Origin: a virus
Virus genome (UHGV): UHGV-0162400
DNA length: 36,285 bases
Direction: 5' to 3' (one strand)
In this document: positions 1-6,896 of the stretch, one piece after another
Numbering within the stretch: the first letter of the stretch is position 1
Layout: the number at the start of each line of letters is the position of its first letter
Notes under the pieces: generated by a model
What the model saw: only the letters and a program-made list of their open reading frames with translations
What the model was told of the DNA's origin: nothing
The model's database searches: none
Translations under genes and position numbers: made by a program

Positions 1-1571
1 TCCGAATTGTCAACAGTATCATCTGTAAAATTCTGTACGTCTTCTTCGCTGTCTGTCGCTGTTTCAATAGGCTGTTTTACAGTTTCCTGTACGTTTTCTG
101 TCGTTTCGGCAGTTTCAACGGCTTCATCGGCTTCATCAGTCATAGCCGCAGTCGGCGTATCGTCTGTGTCTTCGTTGCTCTGAACAGGCTTTATAGGCTC
201 AGGCTGTACAAAATTCATTGTGTTTTCGTTATTTTCCGGCTTAGAAACGTTATTTTCCGGCTCGGAAATGTTATTATCCGGCTGAGGAATATTAGGCTCT
301 TTATCTGTCGGAACAGGATTTTTGCTTTCGGTATCGGTAACTTTAACAGGCGCTTCTTCCGTTCTCGGTGCTTCCTGCTTCGACTCACCCTTACCGCTGT
401 AGATCTTCTCCCTTGAATAATCTCTGCGGAGAACATCGTCATGCTCTTTGATAAACTCTCTGAGTTTACCTTGCTCCTCACGGAGCTTACGCTTATACTC
501 CTTGACCTTTTTCTCGTCCTGCGTGCCCTCAACCTTGCGTTTGAGCGCTCTTATCTTGCGCTCCATAGCCCGTTGCTTTTCTTCAAGCTCTCGCTGTTCC
601 CGTATCTTCTCGGCAGGAATCGGCTGAGGTATCTTTGTAAGCCCCTCTATGTATTGCCCCATAGTATGACGGCAGTTAGGGTGGAACAGCCCGCCTCGGA
701 TTGCCACAGACAACAGCATAAACCACTTGTCACAATAGTTTGACTTGCCGAAGTCGCCGCTTCTCTCGCCGTTCCATATTGTGAATACATCATCAATGTA
801 AACCTTGCCCTGATACGGCTCGCAGGTTTCTGAGCAGCCTCCGTACTGCGATATAAGCACGGTATCATATCCAAGCTCCCCAAAGCGTTTAGCCGCACCC
901 TGCAATGTTGCCCTTGTGGACGTTGTGCGCAGTGCCATACGCACATAATCGGCAATATTAACTCGCCTGCCGTCTGCGTATACGATACAGTTTATGCCCT
1001 TGTCGAGAAAATCCCTTGTTGCAAGGTCGATTGCTTCATTAAGCGTAATTGAGCCTGTGCCCATCATAAGCTGTACCTTGTTCAGCGTTGTGCGGTAAAC
1101 ATCGTCCATATTACGCACAGCGGCGGTAAGGGCGGTCTTTTCAAGCGTTGTTACATCTTCCATCAGCTTATCCATCTTCGGCTTGTTAACACCGAAAAAG
1201 TGATCATCGGGTATAGCTGTCGGCGCTTCGGGCGGCTGAGGCTGTGCCGGAACATCGGGAACATTGACACCGCTTTCCGAAACATCAATGACCGACTGCT
1301 CCGCTGTATGCTCTCCCTCGTGAAACTGATCCGTCATAAGCTGTCGGGTTTCATCGTCAATAACATCTACATATTCGTCCGCTATCTGAGCGTTCTCCTT
1401 GCGGAAATTGTCAATGTTATTGAGCTTTTCAGCCTGCCACGCAGACCATTCAAAGCCTTCTTTTTCTTCTTCAGCTTTGTGCCGTGAAAGATTGCGTTTC
1501 AGCGAAGCAATGAGCCTTAGCTCTATCTCCTCGAATATCCTTGCAATATCTCTGAAACTAAGCAAGCTCAT
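1..1571 (-). CDS. Phage minor capsid protein (MuF-like), N-terminal part; continues across the circular junction into the ART domain at 35724-36285
   Basis: Not in the ORF track because it has no stop before base 1. ATG at 1571 overlaps the portal end. Translates MSLLSFRDIARIFEEIELRL...YADGRRVNIADYVRMALRT...GLFHPNCRH...QRAMERKIR (HPNCRH minor-capsid motif), then an acidic/Pro-rich linker ending DTVDNS. Confidence 0.9.
   Translation of the reverse strand, partial: MSLLSFRDIARIFEEIELRLIASLKRNLSRHKAEEEKEGFEWSAWQAEKLNNIDNFRKENAQIADEYVDVIDDETRQLMTDQFHEGEHTAEQSVIDVSESGVNVPDVPAQPQPPEAPTAIPDDHFFGVNKPKMDKLMEDVTTLEKTALTAAVRNMDDVYRTTLNKVQLMMGTGSITLNEAIDLATRDFLDKGINCIVYADGRRVNIADYVRMALRTTSTRATLQGAAKRFGELGYDTVLISQYGGCSETCEPYQGKVYIDDVFTIWNGERSGDFGKSNYCDKWFMLLSVAIRGGLFHPNCRHTMGQYIEGLTKIPQPIPAEKIREQRELEEKQRAMERKIRALKRKVEGTQDEKKVKEYKRKLREEQGKLREFIKEHDDVLRRDYSREKIYSGKGESKQEAPRTEEAPVKVTDTESKNPVPTDKEPNIPQPDNNISEPENNVSKPENNENTMNFVQPEPIKPVQSNEDTDDTPTAAMTDEADEAVETAETTENVQETVKQPIETATDSEEDVQNFTDDTVDNS
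227..289. repeat. 3 x 21-bp tandem repeat encoding the PQPDNNI/SEPENNV/SKPENN linker
   Basis: cgttattttccggcttagaaa / cgttattttccggctcggaaa / tgttattatccggctgaggaa. Confidence 0.8.
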
Positions 1572-3030
1572 CACCTACCGCAGATGTCGCACCATCGGCA
1601 AGCCCCTTTTCCTGCATTATACGCTTGACTTCACCGGCTTTCCATTCGTCCTCTTTAGAACTGCCCCACAGCTCCTCGACCTGCGTTTCGACCGACATAA
1701 TTCCGTAGGTGCTTGCCTTGCCGACCGTTTCGACACGGCTGTCAAAGTCGGGTGCACCATATTCGCCAAAATCAACGCTTACCTCGTATTCTTCCGGGGC
1801 TTTTCCCTGCATATTGTCGTATGTCTTTAATACAGCCGACACAAGCTCAGGCAGAGCCTTTTCAAGCGCTGTCGTTATTGTGTTCCGGGTGTTGCCCGTA
1901 ACGTCCTTCTTCTCTCGCTGAGCGTCCGCACTTGACATCTTGCCGACATCAATACCGAGTGTTGCAGGCGATACAAGTCCTTGCAGGCACATCAGCAGGC
2001 AGTTTGTATACGATGATACAAATGCGTCATACTTTATGTCGGGCTGTACGACCTCAATCTTCGGGGTAACGCCCTCCTGCAACGGCTGGCTTATTGTGAT
2101 GTAATTGTTTCCGAACTGGTTGAGCTTTCCGACCGAGCCGTTCTCGGCATTGCGTGGTATCATATTATCGGGTATGTACTGCTTCACACGTCCCATTCTG
2201 ATTGCGTCCCACCACTGCGAGATAACCTCGTCCAGAGCGTCAAAACAATCGGATTTACCGCCGTCGAATATGCTCTTGCCTCTGCCCGGATATTTCTTAG
2301 AAGCGTAAAACTTCAGCGGTACAGCCATTATATAATTCCCGGCAAACTCTACTCGTTGTTCTATGCCGGCAAGGCAAGGAACACTGTCAAGGCTCACCTC
2401 GTGACCGCTGTGGTCGTACAATTGGCTTTCAATGTACCCTCTGCCGTAATGCTCCTCAAGCTGATATATCCTGTTGCCGTCTTCGTGGGCACTGCGGAAT
2501 ATCACTTCCGACAGAACACCCCTCAGATAGCGATATTCGGTCTTGTCAGCACCGACAAATTCAACAATAGGCGTTAATGACAGCGTATCATCGACAGAGA
2601 TCTTGAAAGCGCCGTCACCCTCAACGAGTGTATCTACTATTGCCTTCCCGACAAGTGCGGTAAAGTCCGTGTTCTGCGATATATCCTCAAATGCCGCTCT
2701 GCCTTTTTCGCCCTCGACCGCTATATCGTCCATATCCGAATACACGATATAGGCGAGCGTATCAGCTATAATGGCAGGCAAGCCGCTGTGTATCTTGCGG
2801 ACTTTCTCGTTATCGGGAACGCTCCCCCAGAAAGAATTTGTGCCGCAGCCGAGCTGCTTGAAGAACTGCGACAGCTCATAAGCGTCACCTCTGTACCACA
2901 GCTTCGCCCGGAGAATGTCCGCCATAAGCCCCGTTCTTTCGTTCAGGACAAAGGTTTGCTCCGATGCGGGATTTATATTGAGCCAGTTCAGAAACATCTG
3001 TCTGACTTTCTCTCCTATGTCAAATTTCAT
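1558..3030 (-). CDS. Phage portal protein (A118/SPP1-like)
   Basis: 490 aa between terL and the minor capsid gene; KIHSGLP and DALDEVISQW segments resemble A118-type portals. Confidence 0.85.
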   Translation of the reverse strand: MKFDIGEKVRQMFLNWLNINPASEQTFVLNERTGLMADILRAKLWYRGDAYELSQFFKQLGCGTNSFWGSVPDNEKVRKIHSGLPAIIADTLAYIVYSDMDDIAVEGEKGRAAFEDISQNTDFTALVGKAIVDTLVEGDGAFKISVDDTLSLTPIVEFVGADKTEYRYLRGVLSEVIFRSAHEDGNRIYQLEEHYGRGYIESQLYDHSGHEVSLDSVPCLAGIEQRVEFAGNYIMAVPLKFYASKKYPGRGKSIFDGGKSDCFDALDEVISQWWDAIRMGRVKQYIPDNMIPRNAENGSVGKLNQFGNNYITISQPLQEGVTPKIEVVQPDIKYDAFVSSYTNCLLMCLQGLVSPATLGIDVGKMSSADAQREKKDVTGNTRNTITTALEKALPELVSAVLKTYDNMQGKAPEEYEVSVDFGEYGAPDFDSRVETVGKASTYGIMSVETQVEELWGSSKEDEWKAGEVKRIMQEKGLADGATSAVGDELA

Positions 3031-4354
3031 CTGTTTTCACGCTCCCTATAAGTGATTTGAACGGCAGCCAGGCATACTGGCAGGAGTTTATGCAGTGATC
3101 GTTACCGTCCTCCGGCTCTGCCTTATCCTCTTTCCAGCTGTATATGTTAAGCTCCGCTATGTAATTTTTGCAATGTTCCAGGATATAAAAATCACCTGCC
3201 GCCAGCCACGCTGACTGCAAGTGAATACGGTCGATTATTTTCGTTTTCTTGAACGCAGGTATGAAGTTATACAGGCTTCCCGAAAGCCGCTTGAACTTCT
3301 GACATTCGAGTATCGTTGCCTGATCTGCGCTGTCTATGTAGACATCTTTTGCAAAGCCCCACAGCTTGCGATTTCTTTCAAGAAAATCGGTAAAGATTTT
3401 CGGAATATCGGACGGTGTAAGCGGTATCTGACGGTCACGGTTGTTGTATGTTTCCTCGTCAAGCGTTACGCATTTGCGGTCCGTCGTGATTCCCACAAAC
3501 GTAAATGCTATCGTATCAGGTGAAGACTGCGAGTAGGCTGTATCTAAACCCGCCGAGAACCGCTCGAATTTAAAGCCTTGCGCCGTACCGAGTGAAATTA
3601 TATTACGGGGTTGTAAATCGAAAACAAGCCCCGTTGCACGCCCTCTCAAGCCCAGTATCTTGTTCTTGTACAGCTTAGTACCCTTCGGGGCGGCAAGCAT
3701 CTTTCGTTGTATGTCCTCATCGGTCAGCGAAAGATTATCACGAAAAGTAAAGAACCAGTACCGCCAATCCGGCACAGGTTCTTCCGTAAGCTCTTTCATT
3801 ATTTCATCCGGCACGTCACAGGCGTATTTTTTGTATGGACGTGAACGGTTGACAAACTCTTTATACACCGGCAAGCCCGGATCATCGGGGTTCAGGGTAG
3901 CCATAAGGTAATCATTTCGGGTAGACATCTCACGGACGAACTCTATATCGGCGGTATTTATCTCATCGATATACACGCACCCGAACTGAGCGCCGAGCGC
4001 CATCTGCCATTTGTCCTTGTTGTCATAGCCGAGAACATAGATTATCTTGCCTTCGAATTTAATATGCGGCAGTTTATAATCCTTATCGCCGTTGCCGAAA
4101 TACTTTGCGTTTGCGTGAAGGTCAAGAATGCCGTTGTCCTGCTGAATGATAGTTTCTTCTGCCTTGCCGGTTGTCTTTGCGGCGATAACGTGGAGCTTCT
4201 TTCGGCTTGCGGACACCATACGCATGAACTTTACGCCTGCACCGACGGTTGTCTTGCCGCTTGCGGTAGTACCTTCGAGAAAGTCCGCTGTCACATTATG
4301 CACGCTGTTGATGAAGTCGATATACTTCTGCGACAGAGGAAAACTACTCGTCAA
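3020..4354 (-). CDS. terL: Terminase large subunit
   Basis: Walker A GTTASGKT, Walker B VYIDE, TLNP motif, nuclease DGNDH. TTG start at 4354 preferred (AGGCGG RBS); ORF track starts at 4363. Confidence 0.92.
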   Translation of the reverse strand: MTSSFPLSQKYIDFINSVHNVTADFLEGTTASGKTTVGAGVKFMRMVSASRKKLHVIAAKTTGKAEETIIQQDNGILDLHANAKYFGNGDKDYKLPHIKFEGKIIYVLGYDNKDKWQMALGAQFGCVYIDEINTADIEFVREMSTRNDYLMATLNPDDPGLPVYKEFVNRSRPYKKYACDVPDEIMKELTEEPVPDWRYWFFTFRDNLSLTDEDIQRKMLAAPKGTKLYKNKILGLRGRATGLVFDLQPRNIISLGTAQGFKFERFSAGLDTAYSQSSPDTIAFTFVGITTDRKCVTLDEETYNNRDRQIPLTPSDIPKIFTDFLERNRKLWGFAKDVYIDSADQATILECQKFKRLSGSLYNFIPAFKKTKIIDRIHLQSAWLAAGDFYILEHCKNYIAELNIYSWKEDKAEPEDGNDHCINSCQYAWLPFKSLIGSVKTDEI

Positions 4355-4727
4355 GCCCCTCACCGCCTATCTGAGCGAATACATCGGATAGCTTATCAGA
4401 AGTCCTGACTTCTGCCTGTATCTTAGCCACATACTCCCCCGTCATCTTATTCAGCGTGTCTATCGCCCGTATTCTGTCCGACAGTTCGTTCTGCGCATCT
4501 TTTGCCATATCGGAAAGTATCGCCTGCCGCTCACGAGCGGTCATTATGCGTGCGGTCTGAGCGGCTTCGGTTAATTCACGGATATAGTCCGCTATGTTAG
4601 TATTTTTTAGTAATTTGTCAGCGTTCTGACCTGCGTATTTCTCGCTGTATCCTGCCTGTATCGCACTCTGGGCGGCGTTACCGCACTGAGCGTAGTATTC
4701 GGCGAATTTCTTCTGTCTTTCGGTCAC
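4344..4727 (-). CDS. terS: Terminase small subunit
   Basis: MTERQKKFAEYY..GNAAQSAIQAGYS HTH signature of SPP1-like small terminases; directly upstream of terL. Confidence 0.92.
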   Translation of the reverse strand: MTERQKKFAEYYAQCGNAAQSAIQAGYSEKYAGQNADKLLKNTNIADYIRELTEAAQTARIMTARERQAILSDMAKDAQNELSDRIRAIDTLNKMTGEYVAKIQAEVRTSDKLSDVFAQIGGEGLDE

Positions 4728-4754
4728 GGTAACACCGTCCTTTCTTTTGGGTGT

Positions 4755-4786
4755 AAAAAATAGCCGCTCCGGTTAGAGAGCGGTTA
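4755..4786 (-). terminator. Intrinsic terminator after the moron
   Basis: Minus strand TAACCGCTC-loop-GAGCGGCTA followed by TTTTTT. Confidence 0.75.
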
Positions 4787-4794
4787 TATGTTAA

Positions 4795-5682
4795 TTATTC
4801 GGGAAGCGTTTCTTGTTTATTATCCTCACCAAAAGTTGAATAAACTTTCTTTATGCTATACTTTGTTGTATCCTCAATAGGCTTTCCGTGTTCATCTTTT
4901 TTGTATTGTAAAGCAACTAACGCTTCTAAGCCAATTCCGGCAAATAATTTAACATTACCTTCATCGAAATTATCTTTCCACGGTTCATCTTCAATTCTTG
5001 CCTCTATTGTCTTATTTTCACTTGTTTTAAAAGTCCACCTGCTGTTACCTTTCAGCACAGGCTTTATAACAATCAAACGCATTCGTTGTTCTGATGTATA
5101 GAAACAATCTTCGACAATATGATCATTCGGAGCGGATATGTCTTCAAATTGTTCTTTATCCAATTTTACAAACTCTTTTCCGTCTTCTCCGCTTATTGAA
5201 AAACAATTTCGATTTGAATTTGAAAGCGAATTGCCAATATTTATTACACAATGAGAAATATTGGCATTTCTTAAAATTTCGGCTCCTTGATTATTTGTTT
5301 GATAAACATTCCCGTCAACATTTTTTATACTCACAACATCGCCCTTTTGTTCAATAGATTCTGCAGGCTTTTGACGCAGGTGTGATTTTATTTTAAACCA
5401 CTCACCAACTGTTTCAAGAGTGGTTTTTATCACATTAACGCCACCTGCTACGGCATCGAAAGTTTGTAATGCTGGAGCTGTAGCAAGCAATTCAGTTATA
5501 AAACTTCCTGTTTTAGCACTAACAACTTTTAAATCACAATTGCAGTCACTTCCGGAAGCTATAGTTATCAGATCATTCAAATTTGACAACTGAATAGCTA
5601 AATCTTTTGCACTGATTCCTTCTTCTCCGCCTATGTATAATTGAAATTTATATTCCTGTGAAATCGTATCTATGCTATCCGT
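4795..5682 (-). CDS. Low-GC moron protein of unknown function (295 aa if started at ACG 5682)
   Basis: The frame is open 31 codons upstream of the ORF-track start at 5589. GGAGGT RBS (5691-5696) lies 8 nt before ACG. Has its own promoter and terminator and is visibly AT-richer than its neighbours. Confidence 0.75.
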   Translation of the reverse strand, partial: TDSIDTISQEYKFQLYIGGEEGISAKDLAIQLSNLNDLITIASGSDCNCDLKVVSAKTGSFITELLATAPALQTFDAVAGGVNVIKTTLETVGEWFKIKSHLRQKPAESIEQKGDVVSIKNVDGNVYQTNNQGAEILRNANISHCVINIGNSLSNSNRNCFSISGEDGKEFVKLDKEQFEDISAPNDHIVEDCFYTSEQRMRLIVIKPVLKGNSRWTFKTSENKTIEARIEDEPWKDNFDEGNVKLFAGIGLEALVALQYKKDEHGKPIEDTTKYSIKKVYSTFGEDNKQETLPE

Positions 5683-5716
5683 ATAAACGCACCTCCAAAA
5701 ATCACCAGTTTTCTAC

Positions 5717-5745
5717 ATTATAACCGATTATTTTGGAAGTGTCAA
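5717..5745 (-). promoter_or_regulatory. Consensus sigma-A promoter of the moron
   Basis: TTGACA (5745-5740), 17-nt spacer, TATAAT (5722-5717). Confidence 0.85.
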
Positions 5746-5772
5746 CTATTTATTTATATTTCGTCATTTTAA

Positions 5773-5804
5773 ATTATAGCACCCCTAAAACGAACAAAAC
5801 GAAC
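5773..5804 (-). promoter_or_regulatory. Putative activator-dependent late promoter
   Basis: Extended -10 TGCTATAAT (5781-5773) with tandem GTTCGTTTT x2 (5787-5804) in place of a -35; immediately downstream of the putative late activator gene. Confidence 0.6.
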
Positions 5805-5808
5805 AACA

Positions 5809-6186
5809 TTAACCTAAATACCGATTTATTCTCATTCTTACCCCGTCAGGTGTATTATCACCGCCGATTTCTACGGCAGTTTTCGATAACTTATACCCTT
5901 TGATGTACCTTAGCTTAAACATATCTCTCGTCTGCTCGTCTGGGATGTCATCAATAAACCGTTCCACCTCTGCTTTCTGCACTTTAAGTTCAGACAGTCT
6001 TTTTTTCTTAGCAAGGTGTGTGTCTGTATCGGGAACGCCGGAAATCGTGACGCTATGTTTAACATAGGGGTACTCGCTCTGTGAGCCCTGTGTACTGTCG
6101 GTTACCGCCGCATCGTTCAACTCGGCTTCGAGCTGCTTGATACACTTGCAGGTGTAACGGTAATCTTTAAGTTTTTGTTTTGTCAT
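5809..6186 (-). CDS. Putative late transcriptional activator (RinA/ArpU-like, C-terminal HTH)
   Basis: MTKQKLKDY...IDDIPDEQTRDMFKLRYIKGYKLSKTAVEIGG; last early gene before packaging; start at 6186 after a GGGGAG RBS. Confidence 0.7.
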   Translation of the reverse strand: MTKQKLKDYRYTCKCIKQLEAELNDAAVTDSTQGSQSEYPYVKHSVTISGVPDTDTHLAKKKRLSELKVQKAEVERFIDDIPDEQTRDMFKLRYIKGYKLSKTAVEIGGDNTPDGVRMRINRYLG

Positions 6187-6190
6187 TCTA

Positions 6191-6379
6191 TCACTCCCCA
6201 TAGTATCCGTAATCGTACAACTCATCCTCACGAACGATTTTTAGCTCACCGTCTGTTTCAACAACCCATAACTGGGGATATTCTTCTGTCACAAGAGCTG
6301 TGACAAGCGTAACGCTGCCATACCTATCGTGGCTAGCAACACAGCCGGGTCTCATTTCGCACTCGTAAAAACTACTCAT
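6191..6379 (-). CDS. Hypothetical protein
   Basis: 62-aa ORF in the operon with an AAAGGAG RBS. Confidence 0.6.
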   Translation of the reverse strand: MSSFYECEMRPGCVASHDRYGSVTLVTALVTEEYPQLWVVETDGELKIVREDELYDYGYYGE

Positions 6380-6776
6380 TCAAATTTCTCCTTTCAAATC
6401 CTTCCTCGCCGGTCATCAGCTCGATACACCTCAGTGCAAGCATCAGCTTGACATCGTGATTTCTCGTGCTGTTGATCTCACATCTCAGCTCGTCCGACTT
6501 TCGTATATTCTCCTGGTATCCGACTTCTGCCTCGTGATTTTTCCGTGTTTTGTCTGCGTCCTTGCGATAATCACAAAGATATGCGTCCTTGCGTTCCTTG
6601 CAAAGCCCTTTCGGAAGTTGACCGCTGCGGTAGATACTGCCGAGCTGTGACAGCTTATCGAAGTATTTATACTCAGCAGGCGGAAAGTCGGTATAATCAA
6701 GCGTGTTTTCGTATGCCATACGCTCCAGCTTTTCAAATGTTGCCGGATCATTGAAATTTATCTTCTTCATAATCAT
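6372..6776 (-). CDS. Hypothetical protein
   Basis: 134-aa ORF overlapping the next gene. Confidence 0.7.
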   Translation of the reverse strand: MIMKKINFNDPATFEKLERMAYENTLDYTDFPPAEYKYFDKLSQLGSIYRSGQLPKGLCKERKDAYLCDYRKDADKTRKNHEAEVGYQENIRKSDELRCEINSTRNHDVKLMLALRCIELMTGEEGFERRNLNE

Positions 6777-6777
6777 C

Positions 6778-6891
6778 GGTGTAAGGTTGTGCAGGGTTTT
6801 GCCCGTTTTCCAATACCTTTTATATATTTATTTTTTCATTTTCCGTATGAAAGGTTAGAAAAACCCTTAAACCCTTCACCACCCTTCACTC
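6778..6891. other. Putative replication origin
   Basis: Non-coding AT-rich core flanked by ACCCTT(C/A)A repeats on the right and GTAAGGTT/GCAGGGTT in inverted orientation on the left; directly downstream of the primase-helicase. Confidence 0.55.
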
Positions 6892-6896
6892 TCCTT

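Noticed and set aside
215..1487. Short ORF-track ORFs (215-532, 441-743, 647-955, 1200-1487)
   Set aside because: Shadow frames of the long minor-capsid ORF (1571 to 1), which the track missed
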